Below, one piece after another: positions 36,280 through 48,752 of a stretch of DNA of 57,578 nt. A program made the position numbers and the translations under genes. Below the pieces are notes generated by a model. The model was not told the origin of the DNA, ran no database searches, and saw nothing but the letters and a program-made list of their open reading frames with translations. The stretch's first letter is position 1. Every line of letters starts with the position of its first letter. Source of the DNA: Planctomycetota bacterium (GTDB lineage Bacteria > Planctomycetota > Planctomycetia > Pirellulales > UBA1268); NCBI GenBank assembly GCA_016872955.1, contig VGYP01000001.1, positions 1-57,578 on the forward strand. Direction: 5' to 3'.

Positions 36280-37443
36280 ATGCCGGGCTCCCAGGTCGAT
36301 CCACTGTTCGCCACAGCACCCGACCGCCGGGGCACCGGGAGCGAGAAGTGGGACCGCTGGGCCGGCCACGACGTGATCCCGACGTGGGTGGCCGACATGG
36401 ATTTCGCGGCGCCCGAGGTGGTGCTCGATGCGATCCGCGACCGCGTCGCCCACGGCGTCTTCGGCTACACCGACATGCCACCTGGATTCGCACCGGCGCT
36501 CGCGGAGCACCTCGAACGCCGGCACGGCTGGACGATCGAGCCCGACTGGGTGACGAGCGTGCCGGGCGTCGTCAACGGCCTGGCAATCACCGCGCGACTC
36601 CTGGCCGGGGCCGGCGACGGGATCATCACCTTCACGCCGGTCTATCCGCCGTTCCTCTCGCTGCCCCCCTTGGCTGGCCGCGAGTGCATCCGCGTGCCGC
36701 TCTCGCAGGCAGCGAACCGGTGGACGATCGACTGGGACCGGCTCGAGGCCTCCGTCACACCCAGGACGAAACTCTTCTGGCTCTGCCATCCCCACAACCC
36801 CACCGGCACGGTGTTCCGCGAGCCGGACCTGCTACGGATCGCCGAGTTCGCCGCCCGCCACGGCCTGACCGTGATCAGCGACGAGATCTGGTCGGACCTG
36901 CTCCTCGACGAGGAGCATGGTGGCCCGCGGCACGTCCCGTTTGCCAGCCTCGATCACGACAAGGCCCACAATGCGATCACGCTGGTGGCCCCTTCGAAGA
37001 CCTGGAACCTGGCAGGGCTCGGCTGCGCCGCCGCGGTCACTCGTGAGGTGAGCCTACTCAAGAAGTGGCGGCCCACCGGCGGCGGCCTCGTGCCGATGAT
37101 CAATCCGCTCGGCTACGCAGCGGCCGAGGCGGCCTGGCGGCACGGCGACCACTGGCGGCGGCGGCTAGTCGCGGTGCTGCGCCGCCACCGCGAACTCGTG
37201 CTCGAGACGGTCGCCGCCCTGCCCGGCCTCACGTGTGCCACGCCCGAGGCGACGTATCTCGTCTGGATCGACTGCCGCCAGGCGGGCCGCGCCGATCCGC
37301 AGGCCGCCTGCGAGGCGGCGGGCATCGGCACCTCCGACGGCAAGGATTTCGGGTTTCCAGGCTTCATCCGTCTCAACACCGCCTGCCCGACCGACCGCCT
37401 CGTGGAGATTCTCCACCGCCTCGCGCGGGCGTTTTCCCAGTAG
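36280..37443 (+). CDS. PLP-dependent aminotransferase class I/II, MalY/PatB-type C-S lyase
   Basis: DRRGTGSEKWD...VIPTWVADMDFAAPEVVLDAIRDRVAHGVFGYT, and the PLP lysine context APSKTWNLAGL. Confidence 0.82.
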   Translation: MPGSQVDPLFATAPDRRGTGSEKWDRWAGHDVIPTWVADMDFAAPEVVLDAIRDRVAHGVFGYTDMPPGFAPALAEHLERRHGWTIEPDWVTSVPGVVNGLAITARLLAGAGDGIITFTPVYPPFLSLPPLAGRECIRVPLSQAANRWTIDWDRLEASVTPRTKLFWLCHPHNPTGTVFREPDLLRIAEFAARHGLTVISDEIWSDLLLDEEHGGPRHVPFASLDHDKAHNAITLVAPSKTWNLAGLGCAAAVTREVSLLKKWRPTGGGLVPMINPLGYAAAEAAWRHGDHWRRRLVAVLRRHRELVLETVAALPGLTCATPEATYLVWIDCRQAGRADPQAACEAAGIGTSDGKDFGFPGFIRLNTACPTDRLVEILHRLARAFSQ

Positions 37444-37508
37444 CTCCGCCGCAGGGCCGGCGAGCTGGTGCGGGCCACCCGACGCGGACCATGCTGGCCG
37501 CTGAACAC

Positions 37509-39080
37509 TCAGCGCCGAACCCAACAGCAATCCACGTACCGCCACGGATTCCCCGCCGGCGCCGCGTCCCGCACGATCTCTGGCAGCCGGCGCTCCGTCC
37601 AGCCGTCGAAGCAAATCCGGCGGGCGAACCGCAGGATCGACCAGGGCAGGCCCACCGCCGAGAAGAAAGGGGGCGCGGCCGAAGGCCAGGGGCCGCCGTG
37701 CTGCATCGGTGGCGTGACGGCCAGGCCCGTCGGCATTCGGTTCTCGATCACGCGGCCGGCGCGGGCCACGAGCAGGGGGGCGATCGCGGCGAAGGCCGCC
37801 TCGTCGCGACCGTCCTGGCCGCAGTAAAGGCTCGCGCTGAGCGAGCCGTGGGCACAGCGGACCGCCTGGGTGAGCTCTGCGAGCGAACCGCAGCGCACGA
37901 GCAGCGTGGCGTTGCCGAACGCCTCGACCACGAACGATTCGGGCCGGGCGACGAGGTCGCTGCCGGCCACCTCGAGGAGCGTCGGCACGTGACGCGCGGG
38001 CCCTGCCGCGGCGGCCTGGCCAGCGAGCAGGGTGGCGCCGGCCCGCACCAGCCCCTCGATGCCGACCCCGAGCCGCCGGCAGCCAGCCTCGCTCAGCAGC
38101 ACCTGCGGCCCGATCGAGGCGAACGTCTTCGTCACGGCCAGGACGAACTCGGCGCCAGCCGCATCGCCCACGAAGAACACGAGGCCGGGCTTGGTGCAGA
38201 ACTGCCCGGCCGAGCCGGTCACGCTCAGGGCAAGCTCGCCGGCGATCTCACCACCCCGCTCGGCAAGCGCGGCCGGGAGCAGCACGACCGGATTGATGCT
38301 GCCCATCTCGACCCAGATCACGTTCCCGGCGGCTGTCGCGGCTGCGAAAAGCTTTCTGCCGGCCGCTTCGCTGCCCGTAAAGCCCGTCGCGCCCACTCGC
38401 GGGTCGGCCACGAGCCGCTCGCCGTCGGCATCCTCGAGGCCGTGGATGAGCTGCACGGTGGCCGGGGGCAAGCCGGTCTCGCGGACGGCCTCGAGGGCCT
38501 CCTCGGCGGCGAGTCTGGAGATGCTCGGGTGGCCGGGGTGGGCCTTGGCGATCACGGGGTTGCCGGCGGCGATCGCCGCGGCCATGTCGCCGCCAGTCAC
38601 GCAGCCGTAGGCCAGCGGGAAGTTGGCGGGCGGAAAGACGACGACCGGGCCGATCCCGAAGCAGGCGGCACGGATGTTCTTGGCGGTGTCGAGCATCGCC
38701 ATCCGCCAGGTCTGTTCGCGGGCGCTCGCGGCCGCCTGCCGCAACTGGTCGAGTGTGCGGGGCAGTTCTACGTCGGCAAGCCGCGGCTTCACGGCCAGGC
38801 CCGTCTCGGCATGGGCCGCCGCGACGAGCGCCTCCCCTCTGGCCTTGAGCCGCGCGGCGAAGCGGTCGAGAAACTCGCCCAGTTGCGCTGCGGGCAGCGT
38901 CGCCAGTTCCGCGGCGGACGCCACGGCCGCGGCGAGCGCCTCGTCGACGTCGGCCCAGCGGCTGACCGGCCACTCCTCCGCGCAGGCACGCCCCGCGGTC
39001 GGATCGAAGGCCCGGAAGGTGGCGGCGGCGGCCGCGGGCCGCCAACGACCGGCAATCAGGACGGGAGCGATCGCCGACAT
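37509..39080 (-). CDS. aldehyde dehydrogenase family protein (2,5-dioxovalerate / alpha-ketoglutaric semialdehyde dehydrogenase-like)
   Basis: 523 aa. The catalytic Cys context is SAGQFCTKPG and the Glu context is VEMGSINP. Both are typical of the KGSADH-like ALDH subgroup. Confidence 0.75.
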   Translation of the reverse strand: MSAIAPVLIAGRWRPAAAAATFRAFDPTAGRACAEEWPVSRWADVDEALAAAVASAAELATLPAAQLGEFLDRFAARLKARGEALVAAAHAETGLAVKPRLADVELPRTLDQLRQAAASAREQTWRMAMLDTAKNIRAACFGIGPVVVFPPANFPLAYGCVTGGDMAAAIAAGNPVIAKAHPGHPSISRLAAEEALEAVRETGLPPATVQLIHGLEDADGERLVADPRVGATGFTGSEAAGRKLFAAATAAGNVIWVEMGSINPVVLLPAALAERGGEIAGELALSVTGSAGQFCTKPGLVFFVGDAAGAEFVLAVTKTFASIGPQVLLSEAGCRRLGVGIEGLVRAGATLLAGQAAAAGPARHVPTLLEVAGSDLVARPESFVVEAFGNATLLVRCGSLAELTQAVRCAHGSLSASLYCGQDGRDEAAFAAIAPLLVARAGRVIENRMPTGLAVTPPMQHGGPWPSAAPPFFSAVGLPWSILRFARRICFDGWTERRLPEIVRDAAPAGNPWRYVDCCWVRR

Positions 39081-39099
39081 CGGGCGGAGTCCGCGAGGG

Positions 39100-40428
39100 T
39101 CAGGCGATCTCGTGGCTGCCGAGCTTGACGGGGTCGCGGAAGGCCGCGGCGAAGCCCGCCGTCACGACGGCCGCCGCGATCGCGAAGGCCAGCCAGAACG
39201 GCTGCCACGGGTAGGCGTCGCCGGCACCCGCCAGCAGGCCGGCCACCGCCGGGAAGACGAGGTTGCCCACGTACATCCCGGCCCCGTAGGTCAACAGCGC
39301 GATCAGCCCCTGAGCGCTAGCCCGCAGGCTCTTGGGGGCGACGTGGTCGGTGTAGAGCTGGCCGGTGACGAAGAAGAAGTCGTAGCAGATGCCGTGCAGC
39401 ACGACGGCCGCCACCAGCATCCACGCCGTCTGGCCGCCGTAGGCGAAGAGCACGTAGCGGGCCACCCAGGCGAGCATCCCGCCCAACAGCATCGTCTTGA
39501 CGCCATAGCGGGATAGAAAGAGCGGCATCAGGAGCATGAACCCGATCTCGCTCATCTGCCCGAAGGTCATCACCGTCTCGCTGCCCAGTCCCAGCATCTC
39601 CTGGATCTTCATGCCGCTGATGTACTCGTTGGCCTTCGAGTAGTAGACGGCCAGCGGGATGCAGATCAGGAAGCTGGCCAGGGCGAAGGTGGCGAAGGCC
39701 CGGGACGACAGCAGGCCGATGGCGTCGAGCCCCAGCAGACGAGCGACGCTCACATGCTCCCCACGGCCCTTGGGCGGACTGTTGGGAAGCGAGAAGCAGT
39801 AGAGCCCAAGCAGCGCCGAGGTGGCCGCCGCTAGCAGGAAAGGGAGATTCGTCTTACCGGCATCATGGCCGCCGGCATCGCCGAGCACGAGCGGGGCAAC
39901 GCCCGCCGGCAGGCCCGCGGTCAGCAGCCGCGGCAGGAGCGAGCCGACGGTGATGCCGGCGGCGATCCAGCCGATCGTCCCCCAGACCCGCACGAGCGGA
40001 AACTGCTTCCGCGGCTCGGAGAGTTGGTCGAAGCTGACCGAGTTCACGAGCGCCAACGTCGGCATGTAGCAGAGACCGGCGGCCAGCAGCAGCCAGTAGA
40101 AGGAGACCGGGTCGGTGGCCCGGGCCACCCCGAACAGCAGGCCCGCGCCGGCCAGGTGGAGCACGCCGAGCACGATCTGCCCGGGCAGAAAACGGTCCGC
40201 CACGAGCCCGACGAACAAGGGCGCGATGATCGCCGCAATGGCGCTGGTGCCGTAGGCCTGGCCGATGATCGTGTCGACGGCGGCCTTGGTGCGGCCTTCC
40301 GAAAAGACGGTGCCGAGGTACTTACCCATCGGCACCGCCCAGGCACCCCAGACGAAGAACTCCAGGAACATCATCACGCCCAGCCTGGACATCGCGGCCG
40401 GGGCGGGGGGATGGCTGGTGTCGGGCAT
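39100..40428 (-). CDS. MFS transporter, nucleoside:H+ symporter (NupG/XapB-like) family
   Basis: MSRLGVMMFLEFFVWGAWAVPMGKYL...APLFVGLVADRF...YMPTLALVNSVSF...FPLVRVWGTIGWI parallels NupG motifs (FLQF.LWGSW, ADKW, YMPTL, IRIWGTIGF). The start is either 40428 or 40392. Confidence 0.78.
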   Translation of the reverse strand: MPDTSHPPAPAAMSRLGVMMFLEFFVWGAWAVPMGKYLGTVFSEGRTKAAVDTIIGQAYGTSAIAAIIAPLFVGLVADRFLPGQIVLGVLHLAGAGLLFGVARATDPVSFYWLLLAAGLCYMPTLALVNSVSFDQLSEPRKQFPLVRVWGTIGWIAAGITVGSLLPRLLTAGLPAGVAPLVLGDAGGHDAGKTNLPFLLAAATSALLGLYCFSLPNSPPKGRGEHVSVARLLGLDAIGLLSSRAFATFALASFLICIPLAVYYSKANEYISGMKIQEMLGLGSETVMTFGQMSEIGFMLLMPLFLSRYGVKTMLLGGMLAWVARYVLFAYGGQTAWMLVAAVVLHGICYDFFFVTGQLYTDHVAPKSLRASAQGLIALLTYGAGMYVGNLVFPAVAGLLAGAGDAYPWQPFWLAFAIAAAVVTAGFAAAFRDPVKLGSHEIA

Positions 40429-40612
40429 CGCTTCGCTCGCGGGGGCACGCGGGGAGCTCCACGCCCCCTGTGGACGCACATGATACGCGGTTTCATCAGC
40501 CGCGGCAGCCCTCGGCCGGCGGAGTGCCGCGAAGGCCCGACCGGCTTGTGGCGCGGCGGCAAACGGCGAGAATGTCGGGGCTTTCGGCACCGCGCCCCGG
40601 CACGGACTCCCC

Positions 40613-41905
40613 ATGCGGCATGCACCGATCGACCCGGAACTCTTCGTCGCCCACCGGCGTCGGCTGACCGCGCTCTTGCCTCCCGGCGCGGTGGCGGTGG
40701 TGCATGCGGCCGACATCCCGCCCACCAGCGGCGACGGCACGCTGCGGCTCCATCCGGCCAGCGACCTCTTCTGGCTCTCCGGCGTCGAGCAGGAGGAGAG
40801 TGTGCTCGTGCTCTGCCCGCAGGCCAGCGACCCGGCGGCCCGCGAGATGCTCTTCCTCCGTCAGCCCAACGACCACCTGGCGACCTGGGAGGGAGCGAAG
40901 CTCACGAAGGAACAGGCCCGGGAAATCTCGGGAATCAAACGGGTCCGCTGGCTCTCCGAACTGCCCGCGGCCCTGCACGCGCTGCTCTGCGAGAGCGGCT
41001 CGGTCTGGCTCAACGCCAACGAGCACGAGCGTGCCGCCTACGAGGTCGAGGACCGCGACCTGCGGGCGGCCAGAGCGCTGGTCGCCCGCTATCCGCTGCA
41101 CCGTTACGAGCGGCTGGCGTCGCTCTTCCGCCGGCTCCGTGCCGTCAAGTCTCCAGCGGAGGTAGCGCTGGTCCGCCGCGCCGTCGACATCACCGACGCG
41201 GGCCTGCGACGGCTACTTGGAGCCCTTCGGCCGGGAGTGATGGAGTACGAACTCGAAGCCGAGATCGTTGGTGAGTTCATCCGCCGCCGCGGCCGGATGG
41301 CCTACGAGCCGATCGTGGGCTCCGGCAGGAATGCCTGCGTGCTGCACTACCTCGACAACGACCAGGCCTGCCGGGCTGACGACCTCGTGCTCGTCGACGC
41401 GGGCGCCTCGTACGCCAACTACTGCGCCGACCTGACCCGCACCTATCCGGTGAGCGGCACCTTCACCACCCGGCAGCGGGCCGTCTACGAGGCGGTGCTG
41501 CGGGTGTTGCGGTCGTCGATCGCCCGGGCGGTGCCCGGGACGTCGCTCCGCGAATGGAAGCGGGCCTCCCAGGTGGAGATGGCCGCCGAACTGGTCGGCC
41601 TGGGCCTGATCACGGCCGACGAGGCCGCCCAGGACACCCCCGACGAGCCGGCCTGTCGGAAATACTTCATGCACGGGCTGGGGCATTCCCTCGGCCTTGG
41701 CGTCCACGACGTCGCGCCGCTGGACGGCCCGCTCGAGCCCGGCTGGGTGATCACCGTCGAGCCGGGCATCTACATTCCTGACGAGGGCCTGGCGGTGCGG
41801 CTGGAGAACGACGTGCTGGTCACCGACAAGGGGCCAGTCGACCTCTGCAGCCATGTCCCCATCGAGCCCGACGAGATCGAGAGCCTCCTCGCCCGCCGCA
41901 GCTGA
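40613..41905 (+). CDS. Xaa-Pro aminopeptidase (M24B family)
   Basis: A creatinase-like N-domain is followed by the M24 metal ligands: DLVLVDAGASY..YCADLTRTY, HGLGHSLGLGVHD, VEPGIY and LENDVLV. Confidence 0.85.
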   Translation: MRHAPIDPELFVAHRRRLTALLPPGAVAVVHAADIPPTSGDGTLRLHPASDLFWLSGVEQEESVLVLCPQASDPAAREMLFLRQPNDHLATWEGAKLTKEQAREISGIKRVRWLSELPAALHALLCESGSVWLNANEHERAAYEVEDRDLRAARALVARYPLHRYERLASLFRRLRAVKSPAEVALVRRAVDITDAGLRRLLGALRPGVMEYELEAEIVGEFIRRRGRMAYEPIVGSGRNACVLHYLDNDQACRADDLVLVDAGASYANYCADLTRTYPVSGTFTTRQRAVYEAVLRVLRSSIARAVPGTSLREWKRASQVEMAAELVGLGLITADEAAQDTPDEPACRKYFMHGLGHSLGLGVHDVAPLDGPLEPGWVITVEPGIYIPDEGLAVRLENDVLVTDKGPVDLCSHVPIEPDEIESLLARRS

Positions 41906-41972
41906 CGCCCCGGTTGGCGACCGCTTCGACCCCGACCCCCGAACCCTTCCCAGCGCGTCGGAGACCTGCCGC

Positions 41973-42440
41973 ATGAAATGTCCCGCGCTCGTCGTCTTCC
42001 TCTGCCTCGCCCTCACGCACCAAGAGTTCCTCATGGCCGCCGACATCCCCCATCCCACCCTCCCCGACGGCGCCGGCCCCATCGAAGCCGCTGCCCCGAT
42101 GGCGTTCACGAGCACGGCCTCTGGGCTCAAATACCGCATCCTCCGCAAGGGCGCCGGCGGCACACCGAAAGCCAACGACACCGTCGAGGTCCACTACCAT
42201 GGGTGGCTCGACGGCGGCCAAGTGTTCGACAGTTCCTACCAGCGGGGCGAGTCGATCGAGTTTCCGCTCAACCGGGTGATCCCGGGCTGGACCGAGGGGA
42301 TGCAGCTCGTCGGCGAGGGGGGCATGATCGAGCTCGAGATCCCGAGCAACCTCGGCTACGGCAAGCGGGGCACGCCCGGCGGTCCGATCCCACCCGACGC
42401 CAAGCTCCACTTCCTGGTCGAGCTGATCGCCGTCAAGTAG
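41973..42440 (+). CDS. FKBP-type peptidyl-prolyl cis-trans isomerase (secreted)
   Basis: The signal peptide is MKCPALVVFLCLAL. Then GLKYRILRKG.G..P...DTVEVHYHGWL.DGQVFDSSY.RGESIEFPLNRVIPGWTEG...M..GG...L.IPS.LGYG. Confidence 0.9.
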   Translation: MKCPALVVFLCLALTHQEFLMAADIPHPTLPDGAGPIEAAAPMAFTSTASGLKYRILRKGAGGTPKANDTVEVHYHGWLDGGQVFDSSYQRGESIEFPLNRVIPGWTEGMQLVGEGGMIELEIPSNLGYGKRGTPGGPIPPDAKLHFLVELIAVK

Positions 42441-42532
42441 CCGCTCGGCCGCGGGCCGCTGCGACCGCCGCCGCGATCGGCACTCCGGCGAGGTTGCGCG
42501 GAGGGGGCGGTCATGGCGAGCACCCCGCCCGC

Positions 42533-42985
42533 TCAGAAGGTGCGACAGCCGAGCGAGAGCAGGAGGTTCGCCCAGGGTTGCGTGTCGGCCGTCTGGATCG
42601 TGAGCACGTGGTCGGCCGAACAGGCCGCGTCATAGAACTCCCACTTCAGGATCGGCGCGAGTTCGATCGGCGTGCCGGCCGCCGCCAGGATGTGGCGGTA
42701 CTCGGCCCACACCGGCGGGTCGCCCGGCGTCGCGGCCGCGTAGGGATCGTCGCGATCGACGCCCATGGTATGCACCTCGTCGACCCGCACGGCCGCGAGG
42801 ACCGCCGCGAACGCCTGGGCGACCGTCGGCAGGCCGGGGGACAGTTGCAGCGAGATGAGTTCCGCCCGCGGCCCCCGCTTATTGGCCGCCGGGTAGTTGC
42901 CGTCGGCGATCAGCACCTTGGAGTGGTGGCCGGCCTGGGCCAGGATGCGGAGGATGTCGGGGTGCAGCAGAGGTCCGTTGAGCAT
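42533..42985 (-). CDS. RbsD/FucU family sugar mutarotase/pyranase
   Basis: MLNGPLLHPDILRILAQAGHHSKVLIADGNYPA. The GH..LI.DGN.P motif is characteristic of RbsD/FucU. Confidence 0.75.
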   Translation of the reverse strand: MLNGPLLHPDILRILAQAGHHSKVLIADGNYPAANKRGPRAELISLQLSPGLPTVAQAFAAVLAAVRVDEVHTMGVDRDDPYAAATPGDPPVWAEYRHILAAAGTPIELAPILKWEFYDAACSADHVLTIQTADTQPWANLLLSLGCRTF

Positions 42986-43015
42986 GGGGGCGATCCTCCT
43001 GGGCGTGACGGCGGC

Positions 43016-45899
<2,884 letters not shown>

Positions 45900-45917
45900 C
45901 CATCCCAGGGCCGATCA

Positions 45918-47030
45918 TCAGTCGGCCGCCAGCGGCATGATGACGTAGCCGTACCCGTCGTCGGTGCGGCAGACGCAGGCGCTCTGCGGATCGGCGATCT
46001 CCACCGTGATCGCCGCTCCACCGTCGAGCACCCGCAGGAATTCGCTCATGAAACGGGGGTCGAGTTTGATGCGAACGGGACTGCCCGCATAGTCGATCGG
46101 CAACTCGATGCGACTCTCGCCGCTCTCGGCCGACCGTCCCGAGAGCACGAGTTGGCCGGGCTCGAAGGCGAAGTCGACCCCCTTCGACTGCTCGCTGGTC
46201 ACGATCGCGGCCTGCCGCACGGCCGCCAACAGCGGGCCGGCCACCATCGGCACGCGGGCCGCCTCCGGCCGCTCCGGAAACACGTCCCGCCAACGCGGGA
46301 AACGGCCGGTGACGAGGCGGGCGGAAATCGTCGTCGCACCGGTGCGCACGAGGATCTCGTGCTGGTCGGAGGTCAGGTGCACCGGCGCGTCGCCGGCCCC
46401 GAGACTCCGCTCGACCATCTGCATGGCGCGGGCCGGCACGATCGGCTGCCCCTCGCGCACCTCGCCTCCCTGGGGCTGTCCAGGCCCCTCCATCTTGGCC
46501 AGCCGCCGGCCATCGGTACCCACCGCAACCACACGACTGCCGGAGATCTCGAGCAGCACGCCGCCGAGGGCATAGCGACTCGATTCGTTGTCGGTGGCGA
46601 ACACGGTGCGGCGGACGAGTTCCCGGACCAGCGGCGCGGAGACTTCGAAGCACGGCCCTTCGGGAAACGTCGCCACCGAGGGGAACTCCAGTGGATCCTC
46701 GACGGGCAGGCGGAACTCGCTCCGCGGAGCCCGCACCACGACGGCGGAGCCGTCGCTTTCGATCTCGAACACCGTGCCGGGGGCCGCCTCGCGCAGAATC
46801 GCCACGAGCCGTGCGCTCGGCAGGAGCACCGCCCCGGCCGCGAGCGTCTCCACACCCTCGGCCGCCGCGCGAATCCCGACCTCGAGGTCGGTCGCGGAAA
46901 CCACCGCCCCAGTCGGGCCGGCTTCGAACTTGATGTTGGTGAGCACTGGCTTCGGAGACCGGGCCGGCACGACCGACGCCGCCGTCTGCACGGCCGCGAG
47001 CAGGGGTTCCTTGGGTGAACGAATTTTCAT
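45918..47030 (-). CDS. dnaN: DNA polymerase III subunit beta (sliding clamp)
   Basis: From the ATG at 47030: MKIRSPKEPLLAAVQTAASVVPARSPKPVLTNIKFEA... There are three beta-clamp domains. The C-terminus is ...GYGYVIMPLAAD. Confidence 0.93.
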   Translation of the reverse strand: MKIRSPKEPLLAAVQTAASVVPARSPKPVLTNIKFEAGPTGAVVSATDLEVGIRAAAEGVETLAAGAVLLPSARLVAILREAAPGTVFEIESDGSAVVVRAPRSEFRLPVEDPLEFPSVATFPEGPCFEVSAPLVRELVRRTVFATDNESSRYALGGVLLEISGSRVVAVGTDGRRLAKMEGPGQPQGGEVREGQPIVPARAMQMVERSLGAGDAPVHLTSDQHEILVRTGATTISARLVTGRFPRWRDVFPERPEAARVPMVAGPLLAAVRQAAIVTSEQSKGVDFAFEPGQLVLSGRSAESGESRIELPIDYAGSPVRIKLDPRFMSEFLRVLDGGAAITVEIADPQSACVCRTDDGYGYVIMPLAAD

Positions 47031-47507
47031 GCGACGGCGGAGACCCGGAGGCAAGACACCCCTGCAGGCAGATCGGGGTAGATCGGGCTAATGTACCCAA
47101 AAAAAGTCGGCTCCGAAACGGCTTGCCCGGCTGCCGCGGCGGGCGTCTGCCGATGGCTCCGCGAAGGTTGTTGAGTTCTGTGTCTTGGATATTGGTAAAT
47201 ATCAGGAGTTAGGAGTCGAACCGGGCAATGCCGCGTGTGGCCCACCCTGGGCGAGTGTCGTGTCACTGCGCTACGCCGCGGTGAGCGCAGAGGTTGAAAA
47301 TCGATGTTCACCCGCAAGACACGCCGCGTTTGCTGTCGAAAGCGGTGTCGGAAACGTGTCGGGCGACAGTCGACGGGTTGGCCATGGCCGTTCGGGAAGG
47401 CCTCGGGTGAATGGCGAGAGGCGGATCACCTGGTTGACGGGTCACGGTCGGTGTCTCGTCGTGACGAGGTCGTGGCCTGTGTCGCCTCGGCCGCCGCCCA
47501 CTATCCG

Positions 47508-48728
47508 TCACGGACTCGACAGGTCGGCGCCCGACGTCCGGCTGCTGCGGCTGATAAGGGCGGCCAACCGCGCCACGGCCTCGTCGACGTCCCGCGACGT
47601 CGACGATCGTCCCAGGCTCAGCCGCACGACGCCCTGGCGGAAGCGGGGCGGGATGCCCATCGCCGCGACGATCGTGGGCGGTTCGCTCGAACCGCTGGCG
47701 CAGGCCGTGCCGGTGGCGAGGCAGATACCCTCGAGGTCGGCGGCCATCGCGAAGGCCTGTCGGTCGACGCCTGCGAAGGCGACCAGCGCGACGTGGGGTG
47801 CCCGCGAGGAGTCCGACCCGACGACGAGCGCCTCGACGCCCGCGGCCTGTGCCGCCGTGAGCAGGGCCCGCTCTAGTCTCGTGCGGAGCCCCGCGATCCG
47901 AGCCGCCGTGTCGCGCCGCTCGGCCACTGCGAGGGACAGGGCGTGCGCGAATCCGACCGCGAGCGAGACCGCCTCGGTGCCGCCGCGGAGACCGAGTTCC
48001 TGCGGTCCCGGAGCGAGCGGCAGCAGAGGGAGTCCGCCGCGAACCACCAGCCCGCCGATGCCCCGCGGGCCGCCGAATTTGTGCGGTGCCAACGCCAGCG
48101 TGGCCAGCGGCGTGGTGGCGAAGTCGACCTCGTCCCAGGCGACGGCCTGCGTGGCGTCGGCGTGGACGATGAGGCCGTCGGCGGTCGCGCACTCGGTGAT
48201 CACCGCGAGATCCTCCCGAATGCCGGACTGACCGCAGACCGTGGTCACCGCCAGGATTCGCGGCCTGGCGGCGGGGCAGGCCGCCGTCGCGGCCCGTATG
48301 GCGTCGACGGCGATCGTCCCCGCGGCCGCGAGGGGCACGGTCTCGAGCCTCCAGCCGCGGTGCGCGAGCTCGGTGGCGGCGGCCTGGATGCTCGTGTGGT
48401 CGCGGCCGGAGACCCCGATCCAGCCGCCGTCGCCCCGCGCCCGGCCTGTCCCGAGGATGCCCAGCCGGTTGGCCTCCGTGGCGCCGCTGGTGAACACCAG
48501 CCGGTCGCGTCGGCCGTCGGCCGTCCGTCCGCCGAGCAGGGCGAGAATCCGTTCCCGAGACGCTTCCAACGCATGCCTGGCGACGCGACCGGCCGCGTGC
48601 GGGCTCGACGGGTTGGCGAACGCGTCGGCCGCGGCCTGCGCCATTGCCTCGGCCACCTCCGGCCGCAGGGGTGTGGCGGCGGCGTGGTCGAGATAGAGGC
48701 GGTCGGCGGACGAGGCTCGCGCGGGCAT
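47508..48728 (-). CDS. cysteine desulfurase (NifS/IscS class V aminotransferase)
   Basis: YLDHAATTPL-type start (YLDHAAATPL), SGATEAN, HKFGGPRGIGGLVV (PLP lysine) and ATGTACASGSSEP (catalytic Cys loop). Confidence 0.88.
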   Translation of the reverse strand: MPARASSADRLYLDHAAATPLRPEVAEAMAQAAADAFANPSSPHAAGRVARHALEASRERILALLGGRTADGRRDRLVFTSGATEANRLGILGTGRARGDGGWIGVSGRDHTSIQAAATELAHRGWRLETVPLAAAGTIAVDAIRAATAACPAARPRILAVTTVCGQSGIREDLAVITECATADGLIVHADATQAVAWDEVDFATTPLATLALAPHKFGGPRGIGGLVVRGGLPLLPLAPGPQELGLRGGTEAVSLAVGFAHALSLAVAERRDTAARIAGLRTRLERALLTAAQAAGVEALVVGSDSSRAPHVALVAFAGVDRQAFAMAADLEGICLATGTACASGSSEPPTIVAAMGIPPRFRQGVVRLSLGRSSTSRDVDEAVARLAALISRSSRTSGADLSSP

Positions 48729-48752
48729 GGGCGTGCGGGCGGCGAAGGCCCG

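Noticed and set aside
47205-47290. Possible tRNA or tmRNA 3' end on the minus strand (GCGGCGTAGCGCAGT ... GGTTCGACTCC).
   Set aside because: The T-stem flanks (CCCGG / CCTAA) do not pair. No acceptor stem can be formed with the 3' side. The D and anticodon arms are not foldable. I kept it only as a possible tRNA-derived scar inside the dnaN-upstream finding.
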